DNA from: Octopus vulgaris
Taxonomy: Eukaryota
Direction: 5' to 3'
DNA length: 64,000 nt
NCBI GenBank assembly: GCA_951406725.2
Contig: OX597824.1
Span: forward strand, 3,286,001 to 3,350,000
Below are positions 51,195-61,887 of the stretch, piece after piece (position 1 is the stretch's first letter; each line of letters begins with the position of its first letter). The notes beneath the pieces are model-generated. The model worked only from the letters and a program-made list of their open reading frames with translations, was not told the origin of the DNA and did not search any database. The position numbers were made by a program, and so were the translations under genes.

Positions 51195-53984
51195 TTATGT
51201 TTGTGTGTCTGTGTTTGTTCCCCAACATCGCTTGACAACCGATGCTAGTGTGTTTATGTCCCCATAACTTAGCGGCTCAGCAAAAGAGACCGATAGAATA
51301 AGTACTAGGCTTACAAAGAATAAGTCCTGGAGTCGATTTGCTCGACTAAAGGCAGTGCTCCAGCATGGCCGCAGTCAAATAACTGAAACAAGTAAAAGAG
51401 TAAAAGATATGTGAAATTTGAACTTTTCACAGCTGTTTCAGGAAGCTCAGACTTATGTAATAATCATAATAATCATGATTTGCAAATAAAAAGTGCATAA
51501 GGTCACAGGAATGTACAAGTAACCAGTCATATGAAGTTATTCTTTTCTACTCTAGGCACAAGGCCCGAAACTTTTGGAGAGGAAGCCAGTCGAATAATTT
51601 ATTCTGCTGAATGATTTATTCTTTAGCTACCAAGAGGAGACCAAAGTGATCTTACCAATTTCTGACTCTAACAGTACCAAAAAGCATCGGTAACCAGTAA
51701 TAGTGAGGTATGATAGATGGAAAATAGCTAAAGCTTATTATGTATGTATAGACAGATAGGAAGCAAGCAGGCAAACAGACAAACATAGAGATAGAGATAG
51801 ATGGATAGATGAACAGATAGGTGAAAGACAGACGGACAGACAATAACAAGATATATTTCTAAAGCCATTTATCATTAATAAAGATTAAGTAGGATACAAA
51901 TACATACCCAATTATTTGATTGATTGTTTTTCATTTAACATTTATCATTGCTACATTGGTAAAATGGCTTTTGAGACAAAATATTAAAGTACAATATAAG
52001 TCATGAGTTCTCGTAAATAACAAGCATTAATTGGATTTAGGTTTCCACGCATCACATGATTCAGTAAGTCACCATTTTCTTTGTGACTGACTTCATTTCT
52101 CACCAAATTTATCACCACCACCATTTATCAGCTTGGATGCCTTTAATGGGTTCACTTTGTTGCAAGCTTTTGTGCCAGGTCCCCAGTCGGATAATTCCTT
52201 CCTCTTTCCCTTCTACAAGTCTCAGATGCACTGTAAAGGGTCGTGACTGTAGTCTCTGATCCTGGCAATACAAAATAAGATTAAGCACCAAAGCACCACG
52301 AAAGAGATTGAACCCTGTCCTGCAAGGCCAAAAAGTCTTCATTTGTTCTTCAGAGGTTATTGTGAAGTCTGTGAGAAAGTAAACACAGCTGATGAGGAAG
52401 GGGATAAAAGCTGAAGGGGATAAAAGATCGGCCAGCTCTGGCGAGTGGAAGCCATTGTAGCAAGAGTCGAAATGTCTTGGAGGAGATACAGCATCTTTTT
52501 GTGGAGCAGAGGACAGAACATGTCTGTGAGTGATTTTGTGCCAATCAGTCAGATGGCACTATTCTGGAAGCAATCTGGGATGTACAGCACCATCCCAGTT
52601 GTGAGAGCAACATCCCAATAACTGCACCATCCCAGTTGTGAGAGCAACATCCCAATAACTGCACCATCCCAGTTGTGAGAGCAACATCCCAATAACTGCA
52701 CCATCCCAGTTGTGAGAGCAACATCCCAATAACTGCACCATCCCAGTTGTGAGAGCAACATCCCAATAACTGCACCATCCCAGTTGTGAGAGCAACATCC
52801 CAATAACTGCACCATCCCAGTTGTGAGAGCAACATCCCAATAACTGCACCATCCCAGTTGTGAGTCAATACTCCACTGTGAGTCCCTCCTGAACTTTGTA
52901 AAGCATCAATAATTTTTGAGTACTGAAGCATTTTGTACTTCCTAATAGAAGAGCTAACGTTTGAAACCTGGTCCTAGCTATGTCAGAATATGTTGTTAAT
53001 GGTAAGTTTTGTCAGTTATGTATCAATATAGACTTTCACGTCACCATTTTTATTAAGACTGGAATAAAATCATTATAATCACCAGATATTCGTGAGAGAT
53101 TTGCTATTCTTTCGCCAGCATAACCAGCAGTGTGAGCTCCAAGGCTGTGTCCTATGATGTGAGTTTTCTTTGGGTCGTTAGCAGCTTTCTCGTTAAGAAA
53201 TTTGACCAGAACTGCAATTTGTGCACCTACAACACGAGTATTGGATGCTGCTCGGCCATACGTTACACTGGCACCATTTGTCCAGTCAACGACGATCACA
53301 TTGTAATCATCCTAAAAAGACAGAAGAATTAGATAGACAAACATTTGCAGAGGTAAACCATTGCTTTGAAAAAATTTATTTCATCATCATCATCATCATC
53401 ATCAAACAAAATAATGTCATTTGATGCATTGAAATATTTAATCTGGAATTTAACGGACATGTCTTGTGCAGTTTTAAATAATTTAACTTGCTCAAGCATC
53501 AAACTTATGAGTAGTGTCTGCACAGATAAACTGGTAACATAAAGGTTGTCTAGTGACATTCATGATCGCCTTACTGGCACTTGTGCCTCGTGCTAGTAGG
53601 GTGCTAAGAGCACCATCCAAGGGTAATCGTTGCCAGAGCGGCTATCTGGCACCTGTGCCGGTCGCATGTAAGAGGCACCATTCGAGCGTGATCGTTACAA
53701 GCATCGCCTTACTGGCACCTGTGCCAGTGGCACATGTAAAAAGATTCGAGCGAGGTCGTTGCCAGTACTGCCTGACTGGTGCCCGTGCCAGTGGCATGTA
53801 AGAAGCACCCACTACACTCTTGGAGTGGTTGACGTTAGGAAGGGCATCCAGCTGTAGAAACTCTACCAGATCAAGACTGGAGCCTGGTGCAGCCATCTGG
53901 TTCACCAGCCCTCAGTCAAACCATCCAACCCATGCTAGCATGGAAAGCGGATGTTAAACGATGATGATGTATATATATATTTAT

Positions 53985-54039
<55 letters not shown>

Positions 54040-55799
54040 TATATGAATAATATTTTTATTATGGAGGCAACACATGTGGAGTCTAAAAGAACATAATTAA
54101 AAAACACATTCAAAACTTATATAAATATATTCTTTATAAAATGGAATTAAAAATTCCAGAATATCTAAAAATATGCATAAATAGACAAATGTCGATGAAA
54201 TACATAAAACACGATTGAATTGAAGAAAAATTTCTCTTGTAAGAACATTTAAAACAATAATACTTTAGTATGATGAAATTAATTTTTTTTTTCTTGAGAG
54301 GATTAAGTATTAAAGAGACAAACTAAAAACAACAAAAGAAAATAATATCAAGATCACATCTCCAGGCCATTTCAGAGATGTACCTTGGAATATGAAATAT
54401 TTCCTATTATTAATCGTGGCACTCCCCTCATCAGGATGTTATACAAAGTTCAAAAATACATCTACAGACCAGGACTGGTCAACCGTCAGCAGCCGTGTAT
54501 TCTAATTATGTTCTTTTGGACTCCGCCCGTCTGGCCTCCATAAAAATATTATTTTGAATATAAGCTCACAACGAGAGCTACATCTTCCTATCTGTACATT
54601 AATGGGAGTTACAGTTAACATTAACAAGCTCTAAATATATCTTATATATATTCAAAGTAAGCAACAAGTATATCTTCGGTAATTTGGTGCGATCGTTTCA
54701 TGCTACATCATTTAATTAAACAATGTAAGTATTACATCAGTTTTAAAATGTTGAGCAATCTTCAGCCATTCATAGAGGTTTTCCATCAATACATATACTT
54801 ATTTCCATGTCAATTGCTAACATTATAAAGAGGGTAGATATCTGATATCTGTCTGTGTATCTACCCTCTTTATAATGTTAGCAATTGACATGGAAATAAG
54901 TATATGTATTGATGGAAAACCTCTATGAATGGCTGAAGATTGCACAACATTTTAAAACTGATGTAATACTTACATTGTTTAATTAAATGATGTAGCATGA
55001 AACGATCGTACCTAATTTGGTGGTGGTGGTGGTGGTGGTAGTGGTGGTGGTAGTGGAACCCACAGTATTTGCATCTGTTGATTTCAATTTGTCCAATTAG
55101 TGAAACTAAGTCCCCAAAAAACCAAAATGCATTTAAAAATAAATAGTAAAACAACAAAAAAAAGTATATGTATTCTACGTACATGTATCAATAATTCTTT
55201 AACCAATTCCTTCACCCATGGAAAACCTCCGGAACTTTGAAAACCATGAATGATGAATTTGGTTGGTCTTTTACCATTGAAATTGCTTTCTGCAAGTCCT
55301 TCTTCATCATGAGTAACCAATATGGAAGCATTGTAGGGGTTTTTTCTAATTCATTCAATAATAAAAAAAAAATAAAAATTGATTAATTAATAAATTTAAT
55401 TGTTATCTAATGTTTACAAAGAGAAGAAAATGTTGCTGAATAATTAAATTCAAATTATAGTTGTACAGGAATGTGGTTGAGTAGCGAATGAGTTTACTTT
55501 CTAACCTCATGGGTTTTGGTTTCAGTCCCACAACAAGGCACCTCGGACAAAATAGGACAGCCATGTTAGTGGAGCCAACAAGCTATTGGATACGGTTGCT
55601 AGGCAACTGATGTAGGTCAAACATATAGTGAAGTCTTAGTGACTGCCTTACAGAAAAAGCAAGGAGAGGGAAAGAAACTGTGTCTATTTCTGCGAGAGAA
55701 AGAGAGAGAGGGAGAATGAAAGAGAATGTGTGTCTTCTATTGTAGACCTCAGTGGTCTGACCAAAGCCTTAAGAGTGAAAGTCTGTTGTACACATACAT

Positions 55800-55833
<34 letters not shown>

Positions 55834-56874
55834 ATGATCGTTGCCAGAGCGGCTATCTGGCCGCCGTGCCGGTGGCACATAAAAGGGCACCATTCGAGCA
55901 TGATCGTTACCAATGTCACCTTACTGGCACCTGTGCCAGTGGCATGTGTAAAAGATTCGAGCGAGGTCATTGCCAGTACCGCCTGACTGGCACGTAAAAA
56001 GCACCCACTACACTCTCGGAGTGGTTGGCATTAGGAAGGACATCCAGCTGTAGAAACTCTGCCAGATCAAGATTGAAGCCTGGTGCAGCCATCTGGTTCC
56101 CCAGCCCTCAGTCAAAATCGTCCAACCCATGCTAGCATGGAAAGCGGACGTTAAACGATGATGATGATATATATATACACACACATACATGTGTGTGTGT
56201 GTGTGTGAGTGTGAGAGAGAGATAGAGATGTGTGTGTTTCTATGTCATTGTCTTGGCATCAATAAGTGTCCCTATTATAGATGTAACATCATATATTTCT
56301 GACCTGCCATGCAAATATGTCCAGTGGCAAGGAAAATATTACCTTTTTTGGAAACAGGGGGGGGGGTTGGCAACAGGGAGAGCATTTGACCATAGAAAAT
56401 TTGTTTCAGTGAATTCTAGCCGACCCATACAAACGAGTGAGTGGAAAAACAATAATGATGAATTTCTACAATCACAAACCATTCTGAACTTTGTGTTGTA
56501 TTGGCAGAACCTTTAGATCCTCACGGTGAATATTCCATCCATTCTCCACCCAGAAACACTTCTTCTCATACAAGTGAAAAAACAAACTGAGAAAATACTA
56601 AAATAACAATAGAATAACAAAAAAGAAACAAAAAAACTTCACAGCAAAGTAAATTGGATACAAAAAAACACTGGCTCACATTACTAAATGATTAAGTTCC
56701 AGACACCTCGTGGAACAACAGGAAATTGCTTGAGACTGTTGAAAACAAGGTGGTGAGGATGACGATGATGATGATGATGACGACAACGACAACGACGACA
56801 ACAATGACGACATGACGATGATGATGATGATGATGATGACGACAATGTCGACGATGACGACGACGACGACGACA

Positions 56875-56908
<34 letters not shown>

Positions 56909-56943
56909 CGACAACATCGACGATGACGACGACGACGACGACA

Positions 56944-56974
<31 letters not shown>

Positions 56975-57009
56975 CGACAACATCGACGATGACGACGACG
57001 ACGACGACA

Positions 57010-57040
<31 letters not shown>

Positions 57041-57075
57041 CGACAACATCGACGATGACGACGACGACGACGACA

Positions 57076-57106
<31 letters not shown>

Positions 57107-60100
57107 CGACAACATCGACGATGACGACGACGACGACGACAATGATGATGATGATGTCAATTTCTTACATAGGCATAAGGCAACTTTTCTTTTTTCTTTT
57201 AATGGTAAATCGCAAAGAGCATCAGTTAAGGAACCCATTAATTGTGAAACTTTTTGGTATACCTTGTGTAGAGGAAAAACTGTGTTCCGATAAGTTGGGG
57301 AGTGTTTGGTAAGAAAGTAATTGGTCTTTCTATTGTTGTGAATTCCCCTCCATTTGAGAAGCAACCAAGTTCACCATAGCAAACTTCAAAGTCGAGAAAA
57401 CCTATCAAATAAAATTGAAATTAATCAGGAAATATTCAGCTTGAAGTAACAAAATTACAAGATCAAAAAGGAGTCAAAAATATGATGAAATTACAAAATT
57501 AAAATGTAAAACATTTCAGTCAACAATAATTATTAGATTAACCATTTTACCCTGTTGTAAACGAGTAAGATTTGAACTCAGAACATAAGGAGTTACTACA
57601 TGTTTATTTAGTAGCGTACTTTTATCTTTGCTGCCATTCTGTCAGTCATGTCCAGTTCTGTTAGGCACAGTTAAGACCCCTTTAAAAGTCCTGCTCACGT
57701 GTCTAGGATATTTTTTGCAGCTACAGTCTATATATTTCTTTATTGCCCTCAGGGGACTAAACATAGAGGGGACAAACAAGGACAGACAAAGGAATTAAGT
57801 CGATTACATCTATCCCAGTGCATTATTTAATCGACCTCAAAAGGATGAAAGGCAAAGTCGACCTCGGCAGAATTTGAACTCAGAACGTAGCAGCAGACAA
57901 AACACCTATTTCTTTACTACCCACAAGGGGATAAACACAGAGAGGACAAACAAGGACAGACAAATGGATTAAGTCGATTATATTGACCCCCAGTGCGTAA
58001 CTGGTACTTATTTAATTGACCTCAGTGGAATTTGAACTCAGAATGTAGTGGCAGACGAAATACCGCTAAGCATTTCGCCTGGCATGCTAATGCTTCTACC
58101 AGCTCGCCACCTCTTGAAATAAATTAGCTTTCATCATTATCATCATGATCAACAATGGCAACAGTAGTAGTAGCAGCAGCAGCATTTTAATGACCATGTG
58201 GCCATACTTGCATCAGTCAGATGAAGTTTATTGAGACAGATTTTGTACAAGATACTCTTCCTGTCACTAACCCTCGCCTGTTTCCAAATGAAGTAATTAT
58301 CTTTCTATGGCCAGACATGAAATTTCACAGAATATTGGGAATGAATGACACCGCTTGTAGGACAGTGACACTCATTTACGACTATCACGTGATGGCAACA
58401 CACACACACACACCAGACTTCTTTCAGTTCCTATCTACCAAATCCATTCACAAGACTTTGGTTAACCTGGATCTATAGAAGAAAAATTCCCTAGGTACCA
58501 CACAGTGGGACTGAATCTAAAACCATGTGCTTGATAGGCTAAATTCTTAACCACACAGCCAATATCTTCATTTCAATTCATCATCATCATCATCGGTTAA
58601 TGTCTGCTTTCCATGCTAGCATGGGTTGGACGATTTTGACTGAGGGCTGGCAAACAAGCTTGGTGCAGCCATCTGGTTCGCCAGCCCTCAGTCAAAATCG
58701 TCCAACCCATGCTAGCATGGAAAGCGAATTTTGAAAATTTAGAAGAATTTAGTAAAATAATTGCATCATTATGAATCTGGTGATTGGAACATAAATTAAC
58801 ACAAAATATTGATGGAAGCGTTTTAATTGAAGTCAACACTAAAGTGTCTACCATAAAACCAGGGTTTCAGATGAGTTGGTATCAAAAGGATTAACCTTTT
58901 TAGTTAGTTAGTTAGTTAGTTAATTTTTTGGCTCAAAAAGCAAAAAGCAAGGCCATGTAGGGGGACATGGAGTTATGTACAGGGTGATGTTCATGTAAAG
59001 AGTTCAGGCCACTTGTGGTCAAGGGAGACTTTGAACCGAGCGGTCGTCGGCATCTTCACCATCTCGTCCGGCAGCTTATTCCATGGATCCGCAACCCGGA
59101 CAGAGAAAGCCCCTTTCCTTCAATTGAGATGAAATCGTCGCAGATAGAGCTTTTCAGAATGACCCCGTAGCCGACGCTCTGGAGCAGGAGTGAAGAGCAG
59201 CTCTTTCGAGAGGTTACACTTTCCGCTTATGATGTGAGCAAGAATGAGATCACCACGGCATCATTATTTTTCTAGAGAATAAAGGTCGAGCGTCTTCAGC
59301 CTCTCTTCATAAGACAAATACTTGAGACCAAGAACCATTCTGGTAGCCAGCTTCTGGACTCTTTCGAGATGCTGAATGTCTTTGAGGAGATAAGGAGAAG
59401 AGGCTTGAATCCCGTACTCCAATATGGGTCTCACCAGCGTGACATAGAGCGGTAGGAATATGGCTGCTGTGAGCATTCCGAATGACCGTCGAATCAAGAA
59501 CAGAACTCTGCGTGCTTTGTTGGCAGCATGGATGCACTGGGCCGAAGGCGAAAAGGAAGAATCCACCAAAATACCCAGGTACTTTACCTGGTCGTTCCTC
59601 TCCAGCAGCAGACGACCCGGCTCGAAATCAAGTTGAGTTGCAGGAGGAGAGCCAACAGGCAGATGACAGCACTTTGACATGTTCAGACACAGGTCCCATT
59701 CGTTAGAACATCTCCAAATTTTGTGGAGGCATCGACGAAGATCCTCTATATCACCGCGAGGAGCGACCAGTTTGACATCATCGGCAAATAGAAGGGTGTG
59801 TTGCGTGAGGTCGTCGGGCAAGTCATTTATGAAGACTAAGAACAATAAGGGCCCAAGCACTGAACCTTGAGGCACACCACTGCTCGCAGTGGAGACGTCA
59901 GACAGCAAACCATTAACTTGGACTTGGAAGGAGCGATCTGAGAGGAAAGCACCAACCCATCGTACAATATCCGGATGGAAACTATATATATGCTTGAAGC
60001 TTGACAAGTAATAGGCAGTGGTTTACCGAGTCTAAAGCTTTGGCAATGTCCAATAAAACGATGTCAACAGCATCACTATCATCGAGGATGTGCGTCACCA

Positions 60101-61057
60101 ATTCTTCCATTACCAGTAAGTTGGTCAAGCATGATCTCTTCGGCATGAAGCCGTGTTGGGAATCAGAGATAGAGGCTGTGTTTTGGAGGTGGAGCATCAT
60201 ACTTTTCTTAAGGATGGTTTCGAACATCTTGCTGATTATTGAAGTAAGGGAAACCGGTCGGTAGTTAAGCGGGTCTTTGCGGCTCCCTTTCTTGAAAATT
60301 GGGCAGATTATCGCTGTTCTCCAGTCCGCAGGTATAACACCTGTCGCCAATGACATATTGAATAGACGGTTAGAATTTCAAAATTAATTGCAGAGAAGAC
60401 TCTACGTGGCAGCGCAGTAGTCGTGGGCGTAGAAAAAGTTGTGTGCATGACGAACTTCAGGACCGCATGATCACTCTTGGCAAGAGGGGCGCACACAGAT
60501 AAGCCTGACACTGATCTTGAATAGCGGGAGAATACCAGATCCAGCATAGATGGCTGCTGCCCAGACCGATGCCTTGTTGGATATTCAACATGTTGCGATA
60601 GAAAACAATCTTCAGCCACGTCAAGAAGGGCCTGGCCGAACCAGGAAGATGACGTACAAATTGACATGGGCCAATCGATCGTGGGAGTGTTGAAGTCTCC
60701 TAATATCAACCCACCCAAGACCACCCCTCCTGTTTAAAATGATCTAAATTAAAAACTTCAGTTAAAATTTCCCGTTAAGTTCTGTTTTAAACACCAGCTT
60801 AAAAAGGACAAAGTTGTATTTTCAGTATTTCCAAAATTTCTTGAAATGAAGACAATGTGTTTCAACAGAGAAATGGTAATGAAATGCTTAAAGAATTGAA
60901 AATATACTTAAAACTAAAACTCACATGTCAACCAAAAAAAAGACAAAATCCTTCCTATAAAAAAAAAAGCAAAAATAAAGCAAAAAGAAAAATAATTCTT
61001 ACCTTCAACAATGAAGAAAATATTAAAAAGAATGGTAAAACAAAGAAAAAATTTCAT
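37199..61057 (-). CDS. Pancreatic triacylglycerol lipase-family (PNLIP/PLRP-like) gene, 9 coding exons, 1461 nt, 486 aa
   Basis: Exons 61057-61003, 57401-57263, 55345-55183, 53311-53083, 48219-47965, 46244-46014, 40684-40579, 39281-39099, 37298-37199; all GT-AG, phases consistent, no internal stops; signal peptide, GHSLG, GLDPA, CSH, PLAT domain. Confidence 0.93.
38621..39034 (+). mobile_element. SINE family A
   Basis: Full-length match to 4400-4814. Confidence 0.88.
39099..39281 (-). CDS. Lipase exon 8 (PLAT domain)
   Basis: GIKLLSPHTPIAEVIKSRRDIGELLYVDVLYEE...WKLEFFDVFDARHRK. Confidence 0.88.
39430..40145 (+). mobile_element. CR1-type LINE 3' fragment
   Basis: LYIAMVRPRLESASLVWNPY...LEAVQ...LPYSERL...TRGH...FFTLRVAEAWNKLP; (att)n tail. 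Confidence 0.88.
40579..40684 (-). CDS. Lipase exon 7 (PLAT domain)
   Basis: YEFQVNISGLSTINGKIHLEFTGVKGKSEYFNIT; cag acceptor, gtaagt donor. Confidence 0.88.
41012..41168 (-). mobile_element. SINE family A 5' half
   Basis: Reverse complement of the family A head; a similar piece lies at 58413-58560. Confidence 0.75.
41300..41740 (-). mobile_element. Decayed RTE 3' fragment
   Basis: Family C-like tail and KGRPRKTWDEVL motif. Confidence 0.7.
42135..42373 (-). mobile_element. SINE family E (different 3' tail from 21070-21440)
   Basis: 42195-42373 matches 21255-21435; distal part unrelated. Confidence 0.8.
43160..44118 (-). mobile_element. Tx1/L1-clade LINE 3' fragment (zf-RVT + 3' UTR)
   Basis: LAWQCYREALPVRDKL...CPRCGQSDETVLHALVQCP...W; AATAAA at the 3' end; GATA repeats at both junctions. 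Confidence 0.88.
44640..45016 (-). mobile_element. SINE family B, dimeric, with 16-bp TSD
   Basis: Two core copies; gtcatatgaagatatt at 44624-44639 and 45017-45032. Confidence 0.85.
45620..45890 (-). mobile_element. RTE 3' UTR fragment (family C)
   Basis: Similarity to the other copies. Confidence 0.75.
46014..46244 (-). CDS. Lipase exon 6 (catalytic His)
   Basis: VANIFSCSHKRSQYFYIESINSRCPLISYPC...MGFHADKSLGRGKQMLETFASVPYC; absent from the ORF track. Confidence 0.93.
47479..47701. mobile_element. piggyBac-type MITE
   Basis: TTAA-ccctttcg start; matches 6884-7103. Confidence 0.7.
47965..48219 (-). CDS. Lipase exon 5 (catalytic Asp, lid start)
   Basis: LDPAAPYFE...DADFVDVIHTD...VDFYPNGGHFQPGC. 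Confidence 0.95.
48935..49505 (-). mobile_element. Decayed CR1-type RT fragment
   Basis: FQSFLANDKLPDKLKEGTICP...ERIVRRKQIMFLEENNLLTDTH with frameshifts. Confidence 0.65.
49585..49920 (-). mobile_element. tRNA-derived SINE family D
   Basis: Head tggttcagtggttaaagcattgagc...gagtttgattcc; core ttgctccagttctctcagctgtagaaatgagt; decayed relatives near 45290-45530 and 47020-47200. Confidence 0.65.
50993..51406 (+). mobile_element. SINE family A
   Basis: Full-length match to 4400-4814. Confidence 0.88.
52587..52864. repeat. Perfect 37-bp minisatellite, 7.5 copies, inside a decayed LINE (about 52150-52900, -)
   Basis: Unit gcaccatcccagttgtgagagcaacatcccaataact starting at 52587, 52624 ... 52846. 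Confidence 0.95.
53083..53311 (-). CDS. Lipase exon 4 (catalytic Ser)
   Basis: DDYNVIVVDW...HIIGHSLGAHTAGYAGERIANLSRISG. Confidence 0.95.
53552..53969 (+). mobile_element. RTE 3' UTR fragment (family C variant)
   Basis: Ends catgctagcatggaaagcggatgttaaacgatgatgatg; sister copy 55834-56167. Confidence 0.8.
54047..54553 (-). repeat. Element with about 50-bp terminal inverted repeats and a degenerate hammerhead core
   Basis: 54047-54098 pairs with 54503-54553; - strand acatc-CTGATGA (54434-54428)...GAAA-tggcc-tgga-gatgt. Confidence 0.7.
54681..55017. repeat. Near-perfect inverted repeat, 160-bp arms, 17-nt loop
   Basis: 54681-54840 pairs with 54858-55017 with only a few mismatches. Confidence 0.95.
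54929..55014 (+). ncRNA. Type I hammerhead ribozyme motif
   Basis: CTGAAGA 54933-54939; stem II tgc/gca; GAAAC 54999-55003; palindromic acgatcgt; GTA 55008-55010; stem I only gg/cc. Confidence 0.6.
55183..55345 (-). CDS. Lipase exon 3
   Basis: KNPYNASILVTHDEEGLAESNFNGKRPTKFIIHGFQSSGGFPWVKELVKELLIH. Confidence 0.93.
55834..56167 (+). mobile_element. RTE 3' UTR fragment (family C variant)
   Basis: Matches 53625-53969. Confidence 0.8.
56759..57156. repeat. Higher-order (GAT/GAC) compound repeat, unit about 66 bp
   Basis: gacgacaacatcgacgat(gac)n-aat(gat)n repeated about five times. Confidence 0.92.
57263..57401 (-). CDS. Lipase exon 2
   Basis: FLDFEVCYGELGCFSNGGEFTTIERPITFLPNTPQLIGTQFFLYTR, typical family N-terminus. 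Confidence 0.92.
57733..58090 (-). mobile_element. SINE family B, dimeric
   Basis: Two consecutive core+tail units. Confidence 0.8.
58900..60724 (-). mobile_element. CR1/L2-clade LINE ORF2 remnant (AP endonuclease + RT), internally deleted and frameshifted
   Basis: LGDFN, LDLVF, SDH; NYRPVSLTS, QHGF..RSCLTNL, GVPQGSVLGPLLF, FADD, YLG; (taac)n tail at 58901-58921. Confidence 0.92.
61003..61057 (-). CDS. Lipase exon 1 (signal peptide)
   Basis: MKFFLCFTILFNIFFIVE-G; donor gtaaga; phase matches exon 2. Confidence 0.8.
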
Positions 61058-61504
61058 GTCTGTGGTGAATGCAATTGAATGAAAATTAAACAACTAATAA
61101 AGAATTCCTTGAAAATTGCATAATATTTATTGACGTAAGAGTTCATATTTTTTCCTTATATTTTCTCTTCTGACCTATTTTTATGGTAAACAAAATACTA
61201 TGAGAATAGAACCGAATGCTTGAGCTTTTGATTTCTATGTCTAAATGATAATATAAAAAAAATGAGGTTTCCTCCTTTGCATATTTCCAGGATATGGGTT
61301 TATCTAAAATCTGCTATCTTTTTCAATTTCCATCTGCTAAGTTTCTCATAAACTGTGAAAGGTGATAGTGCACAACCATTTTATATATGAATTCTGTTAG
61401 CTGTAAACAATATACATCCTCACTCCATCAGCTGGGGGCTGTATAGGTTCCTGGTACATCAATTTCAATTGCATTCTCATATATACACAACAATGTATGT
61501 GCAC

Positions 61505-61571
61505 ACATATATACATATACATATACGTAAATACATACATACTCATAAAAATGCACATACATACATAACAA

Positions 61572-61602
<31 letters not shown>

Positions 61603-61662
61603 TACATACATACATATATACATACATACATACATATATACATACATACATGCATGCATACA

Positions 61663-61696
<34 letters not shown>

Positions 61697-61732
61697 CATA
61701 CATACATATACATACATACATACATACATACA

Positions 61733-61766
<34 letters not shown>

Positions 61767-61856
61767 CATACATACATACATATATACATACATACACACA
61801 CACATACATACATACATACATACATACACACATACATACATACATACATACATACA

Positions 61857-61885
<29 letters not shown>
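61505..61885. repeat. (CATA)n-derived microsatellite
   Basis: Direct reading. Confidence 0.95.

Positions 61886-61887
<2 letters not shown>

Noticed and set aside
52386-52420. Isolated CTGATGA/CTGACGA heptamers (also 24926, 48988)
   Set aside because: No supporting stems or downstream GAAA-NUH; expected by chance
52587-52864. 37-bp repeat of CRISPR-like length
   Set aside because: Units are contiguous with no unique spacers, there are no cas genes, and it sits in a eukaryotic intron
56684-57364. 226-aa Ser-rich ORF
   Set aside because: Out-of-frame overlap with lipase exon 2 running into a GAT/GAC repeat
58900-60724. Active LINE or domesticated RT
   Set aside because: Frameshifts, an internal deletion and stops
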